A DNA stretch of 64,000 nucleotides from Candidatus Acidiferrales bacterium (GTDB lineage Bacteria > Acidobacteriota > Terriglobia > Acidiferrales > UBA7541), in the NCBI GenBank assembly GCA_036279175.1, contig DASUJR010000321.1, positions 23,324 to 87,323 on the forward strand. Direction: 5' to 3'. Under the pieces are notes generated by a model, which was not told the origin of the DNA, did not search any database, and was given only the letters and a program-made list of their open reading frames with translations. Both the position numbers and the translations under genes were made by a program. Below, one piece after another: positions 37,259 to 46,520 of the stretch; the first letter of the stretch is position 1, and each line of letters starts with the position of its first letter.

Positions 37259-38062
37259 CTAAGTCAATCGGTCGACCGCAGGGGTCTTTTTCGGGATTTC
37301 GTCCTGGCGGTAGAGCTGTTGGGTATGGCGGACGGCGGAGGCAATGAACATCGCCAGCATCAGGACGCTCGATATGATTCCGCTAAAATCGAACAGGCGA
37401 AACCGCCCCAATACCGTCGCCTGCGGATTCCACCACAGCGCGAGATTCCCAAGCGCCAGCAGAATGCGAATCTCCGTCGGACCGAATTTCCAGAACGACA
37501 TGCGAAATACCCCTATCGTATAGCTTGCCAGGTAGCTTTCGATCGAAAGCAGCAGGAATCCGACCAGCATCGCGGCGGCAATCCTCCAATCGAGACAGCC
37601 TGACAGCGCGAGGCCGCTCATCAGCAGGACGGCGCCGATCGAATCGATCACATGGTCGACGTAGAAACCGTACCGCGGCCGTTGCTGGTGGCGCACTCGC
37701 GCCAGCGTGCCGTCGAGGCTGTCGCCAAACCAATTGAGCGCGAGCGCCAGGATCGCCAGCAGAAATCCCGATCTGTACCAGCGCGCGAGCAGGTAACTGC
37801 CCCAGCCGAAGAACATAGCGCCCAGTCCGAGGCACGTAAGCTGGTCTGAGGTGACCCACAGCGGCAATCGCGACACGATCCACAGCAGCACCTTCTTCTC
37901 GATCCGCGCCGAAAAGCTTTCCTGTACGCGCTTAGCATTTCGGAACGGTCTATCGCTTACGTCAGCAGTCGCGTCGGGCTTCGCGTCTACTTCCTCGACT
38001 AATTGCTTCGTCGGTGAAACGAGCGTGCTTCCGATCTGAAGGGAACTGAGTGCCATATTCAT
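37259..38062 (-). CDS. CDP-alcohol phosphatidyltransferase family membrane protein
   Basis: Signature D-x2-DG-x2-AR...G-x3-D-x3-D in GDSLDGTLARVRHQQRPRYGFYVDHVIDSIG. Multiple TM helices. The start is chosen at ATG 38062, which forms an ATGA overlap with the upstream gene stop. Confidence 0.8.
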   Translation of the reverse strand: MNMALSSLQIGSTLVSPTKQLVEEVDAKPDATADVSDRPFRNAKRVQESFSARIEKKVLLWIVSRLPLWVTSDQLTCLGLGAMFFGWGSYLLARWYRSGFLLAILALALNWFGDSLDGTLARVRHQQRPRYGFYVDHVIDSIGAVLLMSGLALSGCLDWRIAAAMLVGFLLLSIESYLASYTIGVFRMSFWKFGPTEIRILLALGNLALWWNPQATVLGRFRLFDFSGIISSVLMLAMFIASAVRHTQQLYRQDEIPKKTPAVDRLT

Positions 38063-38940
38063 TCTCCTTTTGGTTGATCTTCGGAATGTGCGTGCTTCGG
38101 CGCCGCTGAGCGCAGGGGCGAAAGCACGCCCGTGCGCGTGCTGCTCAGCGTGAATTGCAATGATTTCCGAGGGATGTTCTTGATGAACGGCGCGACGACC
38201 CAGCCAAGACCCGCGGGAATACTGCGGCTCAGCGAAATCGCGCGGCATTCTACGTAAACGCCGCCCGCGGCGTCTTCGAATCGCCAGTAGCTGTCGAGTC
38301 GCCAGAGAAATCCATCGCTTTGTGCCGAAGGCAATTCACACTCCCGCCGTCCGTTGGCGAGCTGGCCGATTCGCGTGCTGTGCGAGATGGAATAAACGCG
38401 CGAGTCGTCGAGCCGCACGTAGCGAACGTCGTACTCCGTATCGAAACGGACTGTCACCATTTCGGTCTGTTTCAGCTGCAGGAAGACGCGAAACGAATCT
38501 CCTGAGCGCCCTAGAAGGCGAGATTGCGTCACCTCAGACGAGTAATACGCGGCTGCGTGGTCGTAATCCTGGACGAACGAGAGCACCTGCTGCAATGAAG
38601 CATCCGGGATGAACACTACGCCGATCCAGTCGTGAATCAGCCCGCCAGGAATCGCCGCGCCGTCCGAGTCGCATCCAGCGACACAACGAATCAGCACGCG
38701 CCCTGCCTTCAATTCAGCTGTTGCGTTTGGCCCAGATAGCAACTCCTTCGAAAGAAAGTTGCCGCCCGCGCGGTAATCCTCAGCCATTCGCGCCTCGGCG
38801 CAGTGAAGGTAATCGTCATAAGCACGCGTTGTGGCAGGCGAGGGTTGTTTCGCGAACGAAGCGGTCGCCGCGCAGGCAAACGGCCCAAGCAAGACCGCGA
38901 TTGCGACGCGCGTCCGAATCCGTTTTCCGGTGCGTTTCAT
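38059..38940 (-). CDS. secreted hypothetical protein (possible SRPBCC/START-like lipid-binding fold)
   Basis: ATG 38940 gives the signal peptide MKRTGKRIRTRVAIAVLLGPFACAATASFA. The fold guess rests only on the alternating beta pattern (FRVFLQLKQTEMVTVRFDTEYDVRYVRLDD...WRLDSYWRFEDAAGGVYVECRAISLS). Translationally coupled to the phosphatidyltransferase. Confidence 0.6.
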   Translation of the reverse strand: MKRTGKRIRTRVAIAVLLGPFACAATASFAKQPSPATTRAYDDYLHCAEARMAEDYRAGGNFLSKELLSGPNATAELKAGRVLIRCVAGCDSDGAAIPGGLIHDWIGVVFIPDASLQQVLSFVQDYDHAAAYYSSEVTQSRLLGRSGDSFRVFLQLKQTEMVTVRFDTEYDVRYVRLDDSRVYSISHSTRIGQLANGRRECELPSAQSDGFLWRLDSYWRFEDAAGGVYVECRAISLSRSIPAGLGWVVAPFIKNIPRKSLQFTLSSTRTGVLSPLRSAAPKHAHSEDQPKGE

Positions 38941-39124
38941 ATGCCTGCTCCCGTGCTCCTTGTCCGGAATACGCGAAACGCCGCTTTCACTCAATGCACG
39001 GAAGGTCAAACGCGGCGCAAACGGCTCTCATCCGGTAAGCTGAACGTTAGCCGTGGCTTACGAGGAAAGATCATCCGGCTGTAGCTGCGATAGAATGGCG
39101 CGCCGGAGAATCGAGGTAAGCTGA

Positions 39125-40054
39125 ATGGCCCAAATTGCGCGGGACACGCGCGTGTTCCGCATCGGAATCTACGAGCTGACGGCCGAAACCGGCGAGCTGC
39201 GCAAGGATGGCAAGCCGCAATCGCGTCTCCAGGCGCAGCCGCTCCAGGTCTTGCTCCTGTTGCTCGAGCGGCATGCGGAGGTGGTCACGCGCGACGAACT
39301 TCGCGAAAAGATTTGGCCCGCAAATACGTTCGTCGACTTCGATCACGGCGTGAACACGGCCATCAACAAGCTGCGCGGAGCTTTCGGCGATTCAGCATCG
39401 AATTCGCGCTTTGTCCAAACACTTCCGCGCGTCGGCTATCGGTTCGTGGCGCCAGTTGAAGTTGTGGATGGAAGCGGAACTGCCGCGAACACGCCAGTTC
39501 ACACCCAGCAGCAATCGGCGGCCCAGCAAAATGCGTTCGACCAGAAGAACGACACCCACCACAGCTCCGCTATCGCTGTGGAGCGTCCGAAAAGCCTGCT
39601 CAGTCATCCGGAGGATTTGCCTGAGGCGTCCCACGCGGTCACGCGTGGCCTGTTCGTCGCGCTGCAAGTGATGTACCTGGCGTTCTACATCGCGGCTCTC
39701 GCGAATTTCGCTCAGCTGCAAGGGATTGCAGCAGACCTGACGCGGCACACGTATGCCACGTTCATCGTGGTTGTCGTGGCGGCCGCCATTGGCCTACCCG
39801 TGCGGCTGTATCTGCTGTTGGCGTGCGCGTTTCGTTATCGGCGGCTCGCGGAAAATTTCCTCAAACTATTTCCATTCCTGCTCGTTCTCGACGAGCTTTG
39901 GGCGCTCGCCCCGTTTTTGATCGCTCGTTACATCGGCTTGGGACTCGCGCTCGCCGCGACCGCGGCGCTGGTTTATGCACCCTTTGCCCAGCGAAGCCTC
40001 TTGTTGATGAGCTCGCGCCCAACGCAGATCGACGGTTTGGGAGCTAACGGCTAA
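39125..40054 (+). CDS. membrane-anchored winged-helix (OmpR/PhoB C-terminal type, ToxR/CadC-like) transcriptional regulator
   Basis: N-terminal DNA-binding domain (FRIGIYELTAETGELRKDGKPQSRLQAQPLQVLLLLLERHAEVVTRDELREKIW...VNTAINKLRGAF...FVQTLPRVGYRFVAP) with no receiver domain. Four C-terminal TM helices. Confidence 0.75.
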   Translation: MAQIARDTRVFRIGIYELTAETGELRKDGKPQSRLQAQPLQVLLLLLERHAEVVTRDELREKIWPANTFVDFDHGVNTAINKLRGAFGDSASNSRFVQTLPRVGYRFVAPVEVVDGSGTAANTPVHTQQQSAAQQNAFDQKNDTHHSSAIAVERPKSLLSHPEDLPEASHAVTRGLFVALQVMYLAFYIAALANFAQLQGIAADLTRHTYATFIVVVVAAAIGLPVRLYLLLACAFRYRRLAENFLKLFPFLLVLDELWALAPFLIARYIGLGLALAATAALVYAPFAQRSLLLMSSRPTQIDGLGANG

Positions 40055-40141
40055 AAACCGCGGTTGGACGGGGAACTGATCGGTAGCCATGACGATCAAC
40101 GATTCTTTCGTCGTGGGATTTTCGATCCAGAGCGGAGCGAC

Positions 40142-40771
40142 TCAGCCCTTGGACTCGCTCAATCGTCGCAGCATCGACCAAACCCTCGAGATCGGCAGAC
40201 CCATCACGTTGAAATAGCAACCCTCGATGCGATCTATGAATCGCGCGCCGATGCCCTGAACTGCGTACGCCCCGGCCTTATCGAACGGCTCGCCTGTCGC
40301 GATATAGTCGTCGATCTGCCGATTTGAAAGCTTTACGAAATGCACGCGCGTGGATTCGACGTGACTGAGTTTTTTACCTGCCGGCATCGACACAAGGCAA
40401 ACGCCGGTAAGCACCTCGTGGGTTCTGCCGCTGATCAACCGCAGCATGCGCCGCGCCTCGCGAACGTCCTGTGGCTTGCCAAGGATCCTCCCTTGCGCGA
40501 GGACGATCGTATCGGCGCCGACGACAACCGCGCCGCCGCTTCTCTTCATGCGCTCCGCTACTGCACCGGCTTTTTCTTTGGCCAACCGCAAGGCGTACGC
40601 GCGACCCGATTCACGTTCGCGCCGCGTTTCGTCAATGTGGGAGGCACGAACCTCGAACGCGAACCCCGCGTTGCGCAGAATTTCCGCGCGTCGCGGCGAA
40701 CTCGACGCGAGGATCAGCTCCGTTCGGGGCCACGGCGGAAGAAGTTTGTCCTTGATTGAGGAGAGCAGCAT
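40142..40771 (-). CDS. maf: Maf-like nucleoside triphosphate pyrophosphatase
   Basis: LILASSSPRRAEILRNAGFAFEV..., GADTIV, and GAYAVQG motifs. Confidence 0.85.
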   Translation of the reverse strand: MLLSSIKDKLLPPWPRTELILASSSPRRAEILRNAGFAFEVRASHIDETRRERESGRAYALRLAKEKAGAVAERMKRSGGAVVVGADTIVLAQGRILGKPQDVREARRMLRLISGRTHEVLTGVCLVSMPAGKKLSHVESTRVHFVKLSNRQIDDYIATGEPFDKAGAYAVQGIGARFIDRIEGCYFNVMGLPISRVWSMLRRLSESKG

Positions 40772-40807
40772 CAGCGCAAAACATTATCACAGAGCATACT
40801 AAGAAAA

Positions 40808-40832
40808 GACTGAGCAAAGACTGAGCAAAGAC
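40808..40832. repeat. tandem duplication of 11-bp unit GACTGAGCAAA (2 copies + GAC) upstream of maf
   Basis: Read directly: gactgagcaaa gactgagcaaa gac at 40808-40832, in the mutase-maf intergenic region. Confidence 0.7.
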
Positions 40833-40899
40833 GCGGACTGTACCTTTCACACGGCTCTGCGGTTATGTTTTTATATTATCGGATCACGGATCGGCCAGG

Positions 40900-42516
40900 C
40901 TAAATCACGACCGATTCCTGGTATTCGCCGAACGGCCGGCGCAACGTATCGGAAATCTCGCCCACCGTCGCGGATGCTTCCACCGCCGCAAGGATCGCGG
41001 GCATCAGATTTTCCGTACCCCGCGCACGGCGCTCAATTTCGGCCAGCGCAGCCCGTGCTTTTGCGTTGTCGCGTCGTTCGCGCAATGCCTTTACGCGCGC
41101 CACTTGAGCCCGCTCGATTTCCGGATCGATGTGCAGGGTCGGAATCGGCCGCTCCTCTTCCGCTGGAAAGCGGTTCACTCCGACGACGACCTGCTCGCCA
41201 GACTCGACCGCGCGCTGATATTCGTATGCCGATTTCTGAATCTCCTGCTGGACATAACCCGCCTCGATTGCTTTCAGCATTCCACCCATCGCATCGATTC
41301 TCGCGATGTACTCGCTCGCGCCAACTTCAATCTCGGTCGTCAACTTCTCAATCGCAAAAGAGCCAGCGACGGGATCGATCGTGTTCGTTACGCCCGTTTC
41401 CTGCGCGATAATCTGTTGCGTGCGCAGCGCGAGCAGGGCCGAGTCTTCCGTAGGCAACGCCAATGCCTCATCCAGCGCGTTTGCGTGCAACGATTGGCAT
41501 CCGCCCAGCACCGCCGCCAGGCATTGCAGCGCGACACGCACCAGATTGTTCTCCGGTTGCTGCGCGGTCAGGGAAGATCCCGCCGTCTGCGCGTGGAACC
41601 GCAGCATCATCGACCGCGGATCGCGCGCGCCAAAGCGTTCGCGCATCGTCAGCGCCCACAGCCGGCGCGCGGCGCGAAATTTCGCCACCTGCATTAGCAG
41701 TTCGCTGTGCGCGTTGAAGAAAAACGACAGCTGTGGCGCGAATTCATCTACTTGAAGGCCCGCGGCAATGGCCGTTTCCACATACGCGATCGCGTTTGCC
41801 AGCGTGAATGCCACTTCCTGTACATCCGTCGAGCCCGCCTCGCGAATGTGGTAACCGGAAATCGAGATCGCGTTCCAGTTGGGCAGCTCCGTGCGGCACC
41901 ATGCAAAAACGTCCGTCACAATCCGCATTGCCGGCCGCAGAGGATAAATGTATGTGCCTCGCGCGATGTATTCCTTCAAAACGTCGTTCTGCACTGTGCC
42001 CGAAAGCCGCCGCATGTTTGCGCCCTGCTCTTTCGCCACCGCGACGTACAGCGCGAGCAGGATGGCAGCCGTCGAGTTGATCGTCATCGACGTCGAAACG
42101 CGTTCGAGCGGAATCTCCTCGAATAATGCCCGCATATCCTCAATCGAATCGATGGCAACGCCGACTTTCCCCACTTCACCCAGCGCAAGGGCATGGTCGG
42201 AATCCATCCCGATCTGTGTAGGCAAATCGAATGCAACTGAAAGTCCCGTCTGTCCCTGCGCAAGCAGGTAGCGGTAGCGGCGGTTCGATTCAAGGGCGCT
42301 TCCGAAGCCCGCGTACTGGCGCATCGTCCACAGGCGTCCGCGATACATTGTCGGATAAACGCCGCGGGTGAAAGGAAAATCTCCCGGATAGCCGAGATCG
42401 CGGTCGACATCGAAGTCCTGCACGTCCGCGCGCGTGATTACCGTTTCCATCGGCAACCCGGTGGTTGACGCGGCCTTGCGTTCCGAAAGACTCGGCGGCT
42501 TTTGGGGAATGGTCAT
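40900..42516 (-). CDS. methylmalonyl-CoA mutase family, catalytic (substrate-binding TIM barrel) subunit without B12-binding domain
   Basis: [60 protein letters not shown]. The 538-aa ORF ends before any DxHxxG cobalamin-binding module. Confidence 0.85.
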   Translation of the reverse strand: MTIPQKPPSLSERKAASTTGLPMETVITRADVQDFDVDRDLGYPGDFPFTRGVYPTMYRGRLWTMRQYAGFGSALESNRRYRYLLAQGQTGLSVAFDLPTQIGMDSDHALALGEVGKVGVAIDSIEDMRALFEEIPLERVSTSMTINSTAAILLALYVAVAKEQGANMRRLSGTVQNDVLKEYIARGTYIYPLRPAMRIVTDVFAWCRTELPNWNAISISGYHIREAGSTDVQEVAFTLANAIAYVETAIAAGLQVDEFAPQLSFFFNAHSELLMQVAKFRAARRLWALTMRERFGARDPRSMMLRFHAQTAGSSLTAQQPENNLVRVALQCLAAVLGGCQSLHANALDEALALPTEDSALLALRTQQIIAQETGVTNTIDPVAGSFAIEKLTTEIEVGASEYIARIDAMGGMLKAIEAGYVQQEIQKSAYEYQRAVESGEQVVVGVNRFPAEEERPIPTLHIDPEIERAQVARVKALRERRDNAKARAALAEIERRARGTENLMPAILAAVEASATVGEISDTLRRPFGEYQESVVI

Positions 42517-42649
42517 CGCTGGCGGAAGGAAAATGGAAAACTAAAAATAGGCTTTAGATCTTCAGGTCGTCTCGTCGCAGTGGTTGTCCTCGTCGCGATT
42601 GTTTGTGCGTCCTACGGGCATGTAAACGTTTTGATTGAATGTCACATTG

Positions 42650-42922
42650 CTATTCTGCGTCCTCCAACCCGATCTTGCGCGCGCGCCGGAACGAGGCTAC
42701 AGAAAACGCCGACATTGCAACCGTATACGCAATGGCGAATACAATCACCCAGATTACAGGCCGCACTCTCCATTGCCGCCACGCAGCCGTAAGTCCATAC
42801 ACGGCAAATACGGCGAACAACACGCCCATAGCTTCATGAAACAATTGCCGCGTGACGCGCCAGAACGCGCGCATCGACGCCATTGCCGATCGCCAGAACA
42901 GCGGCATAATACGCGGATTCAT
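42650..42922 (-). CDS. small membrane protein (2 TM), hypothetical
   Basis: 90 aa with hydrophobic segments GVLFAVFAVYGLTAAW and VIWVIVFAIAYTVAMSAFSVA. Support is weak beyond ORF length and hydrophobicity. Confidence 0.4.
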   Translation of the reverse strand: MNPRIMPLFWRSAMASMRAFWRVTRQLFHEAMGVLFAVFAVYGLTAAWRQWRVRPVIWVIVFAIAYTVAMSAFSVASFRRARKIGLEDAE

Positions 42923-43063
42923 GCCCCGATTCTATTGCGTTTTCCAGGATTCGACTATGTCTGCTTTAGCGCGCATTTACGAAACGGCCATCAATCACGC
43001 AAAAACAGAGTTCGGTAGTTAGCATCTGCCTGAGGCTCCCGGTTTTCAGCGCGACTGCCCGTG

Positions 43064-43092
43064 TAGACCCGCTCCGAAGGCCGCCTTATACT
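43064..43092 (+). promoter_or_regulatory. promoter candidate for recQ (TAGACC-17-TATACT), leaderless geometry
   Basis: TATACT at 43087-43092 lies 7 nt upstream of the recQ ATG (43100). No SD. Confidence 0.4.
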
Positions 43093-43099
43093 CTGTGAA

Positions 43100-44641
43100 A
43101 TGATTTCGGACGCGCAGATTCTAAAAGCCCTCCAGCGGCACTGGGGCTACAAGTCGTTTCGCCCGCGGCAGGCCAGCATCGTCCGCAGCATCCTCGACGG
43201 CCGCGACACCTGTGCCGTGATGCCCACCGGCGGTGGGAAATCGCTTTGCTATCAACTTCCCGCGGCCCTGCGCGAGGGCAAGACCGCCGTCGTCATTTCG
43301 CCGCTGATCGCACTGATGCATGATCAAGTGGCGCAGCTGACAAAAATCGGTATCCCAGCGGTCTTCCTGAACAGCTCGCTTCCGGCGGCGGAGCAGGCGC
43401 AAACCATGCGTGAAGCAGTTGAAGGAAAATATCGCCTCCTCTACGTCTCGCCCGAACGCCTCGCTCGGGCAGATACTGCGGCATGGCTCCGGCAAATACC
43501 GATTTCGTTTTTCGCGATCGACGAAGCCCACTGCATTTCCGAATGGGGACACGAGTTTCGTCCCGAGTACCGGCACTTGAGCCGGCTTCGCGACGATTTT
43601 CCGGCGCAAGCGATCGCCGCGTTCACGGCTAGCGCTACGCGCCACGTTCGGCACGACATCATCAGCCAGCTTCAATTGAAGACTCCTGACAAGTACATCG
43701 CCAGCTTTCATCGCCGGAATCTGCGCTATATCGTCAAAGAATGCCGTTCGTTCGAACAGATGGACATGCTTGTCGATGTTCTGCACAGGCATGCGGGAGC
43801 AAACGTCATCGTCTATTCGCCGACCATCGCGCGTGTGGGCCAAACGGTCGAATTTCTGCGCCGAAATGGTATCGAGTCCATCGGCTACCATGGACAAATG
43901 GATTCGGTTACCCGCTGCCGCAATCAGGAGATCTGGATGGCGGAACAGAGGCGTGTTCTGGTGGGAACGATTGCGTTTGGCCTGGGGATCAACAAGGCCA
44001 CCGTGCGCGCGGTAATCCATCTCTCGTTGCCGAAATCAATCGAACAGTATTATCAGGAGTCCGGTCGCGCGGGCCGCGATGGTGAGCCCGCGGACTGTAT
44101 CCTGCTGTGGCAGAAGCACGATGTGGGGTTGCTGGTCCACTTCATCCAGCAGATCGAGGAGCCCGCCGAGCGCGAGCGCGCATGGCAGAGATACCACACG
44201 ATGCGCGCGTTTGTGGATTCGAACGTTTGCCGGCACCGCCAGATTTGCGTTCACTTCGGCGAAAGTCCGAAGTGGGCTTCGTGCGAGGCGTGCGATGTAT
44301 GCACCGACGGGGCTGACTGGCTCAATGCTGCTCCTCCCATTGTCAAGCGGCCTCGGCGAAAACGAAAGGCGCTCACTGCGGGTACCTCCCCAATCCAGTG
44401 CAAACAAGCAGAACAACTCGGTTCCGGACTACGGCAATTTCTTCGCGAATGGCGCCTCGCCGTTGCGAAAAAAGAGTCCGTGCCGGCATTCGTTGTTATG
44501 CACGACTCGGTGCTCGACGGCATATGCCTGCGAAATCCCCGGACGCTGACCGAACTGGAGGAAGTGCGCGGTTTCGGTCCCCGCAAGATAAGCAGCTATG
44601 GCCCGGAGATTCTCGCCGCAGTCCAGCGATACCGGAGCTAG
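43100..44641 (+). CDS. recQ: ATP-dependent DNA helicase, RecQ family (short form with Zn-binding and HRDC-like C-terminus)
   Basis: Motif I MPTGGGKSLCYQLPA, DEAH (FAIDEAHCISEWGHEFRPEY), TIAFGLGINKATVRAVIH, Zn-finger CRHRQICVHFGE...CEACDVC, and C-terminal HRDC-like FVVMHDSVLDGICLRNPRTLTELEEVRGFG. Confidence 0.85.
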   Translation: MISDAQILKALQRHWGYKSFRPRQASIVRSILDGRDTCAVMPTGGGKSLCYQLPAALREGKTAVVISPLIALMHDQVAQLTKIGIPAVFLNSSLPAAEQAQTMREAVEGKYRLLYVSPERLARADTAAWLRQIPISFFAIDEAHCISEWGHEFRPEYRHLSRLRDDFPAQAIAAFTASATRHVRHDIISQLQLKTPDKYIASFHRRNLRYIVKECRSFEQMDMLVDVLHRHAGANVIVYSPTIARVGQTVEFLRRNGIESIGYHGQMDSVTRCRNQEIWMAEQRRVLVGTIAFGLGINKATVRAVIHLSLPKSIEQYYQESGRAGRDGEPADCILLWQKHDVGLLVHFIQQIEEPAERERAWQRYHTMRAFVDSNVCRHRQICVHFGESPKWASCEACDVCTDGADWLNAAPPIVKRPRRKRKALTAGTSPIQCKQAEQLGSGLRQFLREWRLAVAKKESVPAFVVMHDSVLDGICLRNPRTLTELEEVRGFGPRKISSYGPEILAAVQRYRS

Positions 44642-44769
44642 CCCGGCATCCTCTCAGCTCTTGGTGTCCGTTAACGTGTGCGCGACGTGATTTTGCGGCT
44701 GGCCTTGTTTCGCTCTTGCAGCGAACCTAAAATTGTTATAGGAAGGGCGTTCGATTAGGAGGTGAGCCC

Positions 44770-45111
44770 TTGCAACTGGACGACCGGATGAAGCAATTGC
44801 TGCGCGAGTTGGGACATGCGATCAACGACAGCGTGTCCGAATCGGACCGCATCGCGGAGGCGATCGCAAGCGTTCGCGCCGCGGGCTTCGATATCGTCCT
44901 GAAGCTCGATGCGACCATCGGTCTCGCAAGGCGCGCTTCAAAAGACGCGCGCATGACCAAGCAGGACCGTCGCTTTCTCGAATCGCTTCACATCCGCGTC
45001 GATGAAGAGATTCTCGAAGAGGAGGACGTCGAAGCGCCGAAGATCGAAATCACTCCTCAAGACATCAAGTTCCTGAAGTCCCTGAAGATTTCATTCGATG
45101 AAGAGCTTTAG
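44770..45111 (+). CDS. small acidic hypothetical protein with internal duplicated motif
   Basis: 113 aa with a TTG start. Duplicated segment KQDRRFLESLHIRVDEE / PQDIKFLKSLKISFDEE. Overlaps the next ORF by 14 nt. Confidence 0.4.
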   Translation: MQLDDRMKQLLRELGHAINDSVSESDRIAEAIASVRAAGFDIVLKLDATIGLARRASKDARMTKQDRRFLESLHIRVDEEILEEEDVEAPKIEITPQDIKFLKSLKISFDEEL

Positions 45112-45514
45112 TATATTCGCGCTCGTCTGCGGGTTCGCCCTGGCCGGGGCGGCCTGTGTGCCTGTGGCATCGGCGCAGGTAAGTCCGGTCGTCATGGCTA
45201 AGCAGACTTCGCAGAAGCCTGTTTGGCTGAAGGTCGAAGTCGTCCGCTTCGATCAGCATTCCCTGACCGTTCGCATACCCGGGCAGGAGACCCGCATTCT
45301 GACCTTTACCTATGCCGCCAGCGCTCAGCCGCAAGTTCAGAAAGTACTCGATAAGGGCGGCTATCAATATGGCGACACCATCAAGATTCGCTACATTCCC
45401 GGGACGAGCGTCGCGCTGCGCATTCACGGCAAAGCTTCGAAGCCGAAAACGTCGCCAAAGCCGGCCAAGCCGACGGCTCCGATCCGCACGCACCCTGCAT
45501 CTTCGCCCGACTGA
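45098..45514 (+). CDS. small secreted hypothetical protein with Pro/Lys-rich tail
   Basis: Signal peptide MKSFSIFALVCGFALAGAACVPVASAQ. Tail KASKPKTSPKPAKPTAPIRTHPASSPD. Confidence 0.5.
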   Translation: MKSFSIFALVCGFALAGAACVPVASAQVSPVVMAKQTSQKPVWLKVEVVRFDQHSLTVRIPGQETRILTFTYAASAQPQVQKVLDKGGYQYGDTIKIRYIPGTSVALRIHGKASKPKTSPKPAKPTAPIRTHPASSPD

Positions 45515-45644
45515 GCTTCGGGGCCTCGGCGTCAGCTCGACCATCGCCTAACATGCTTGCAACCAGCCTTCAAACTGTGGCGTCCAACCTGTTGACATAC
45601 TGTGGGTTTCCGCCTAGATTCGATCCATACGTGTAGGAGGCGCA

Positions 45645-46340
45645 TTGCGCGTCTGCTCCCGCTCCCTGCTCATCGCGCTCATTTCTAGCGGGATGCTGAC
45701 CCTGCAAGTCCAGCCCTCCCTGCAGGCAGCTCCGGCACCAACAGATTCTCGCGCGATCCAGGCGCCACTCGCGGTCGTCGTGCTGGCGGAGCTGGCTCAT
45801 ATCGGGAACGCCAACGCGGCTGGCGGCACCACCGTCTATCCCGGCGATACGCTCGATACCGAGCCCGGTGGCGAGCTGCGTCTTACCGTCGCCGGCGGGC
45901 AAGTTTATCTGCTGTCTGACAGCGCAGCCAACGTCCTTGGCTCGGGCTCCACGCTGCAAGCCGCCATCGTGCGGGGCACGCTCGGGTTCTCGTCGCTCAC
46001 CGACCAGCAATTCCAGATCGTTACGCCGGAAGGAATCGTTGGAGCTGCGGATGGCCCGCTTGCGTATGGGCAAGTCACCATCACTGGTGCGAACGATATC
46101 GTCATTTCCGCCTACACTGGCGCGCTCGCGCTCCATCGTGGCTCACAAACCCTCATCGTCAAAGCAGGGCAGTCGTATTACGTTTCACTCGTCCCCGATC
46201 CGCAGCCTCCCCAGCGAAAGGCTGGCGTTGTCAAGACCTATAACTTTCACCTCGTGTGGCGCATCATCGTGATTAGCGGTCTAGGTACAACGGGCTATCT
46301 TATCTGGCGAAAGTACTGCGAAAGCCCCGTCGATCCTTGA
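45645..46340 (+). CDS. exported hypothetical protein with C-terminal membrane anchor (FecR-like beta domain possible)
   Basis: Signal-like LLIALISSGMLTLQVQPSLQA and C-terminal TM LVWRIIVISGLGTTGYLIW. The FecR-like guess comes from GGELRLTVAGGQVYLLSDS and is weak. Confidence 0.5.
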   Translation: MRVCSRSLLIALISSGMLTLQVQPSLQAAPAPTDSRAIQAPLAVVVLAELAHIGNANAAGGTTVYPGDTLDTEPGGELRLTVAGGQVYLLSDSAANVLGSGSTLQAAIVRGTLGFSSLTDQQFQIVTPEGIVGAADGPLAYGQVTITGANDIVISAYTGALALHRGSQTLIVKAGQSYYVSLVPDPQPPQRKAGVVKTYNFHLVWRIIVISGLGTTGYLIWRKYCESPVDP

Positions 46341-46520
46341 TCTCTAGGTAGTGCTGCCGTTGCCTGGGTGTCTTAGACGAACCGCAGCGTTAATCAGATT
46401 GCCGGGCGGTCCATCGCTCTACCCTGAGAGGTCGTCCCCACGACGACGTTTTCACGAATCGCCGGCCGCGTGACGGCGCTCCTCAGCCGCTGATCCTCAA
46501 ATCATGCTACAACTGTCCCA

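Noticed and set aside
38063-38248. 62-codon N-terminal extension of the CDP-alcohol phosphatidyltransferase ORF
   Set aside because: It overlaps the 3' end of the upstream secreted-protein gene. ATG 38062 gives an ATGA coupling and a normal N-terminus.
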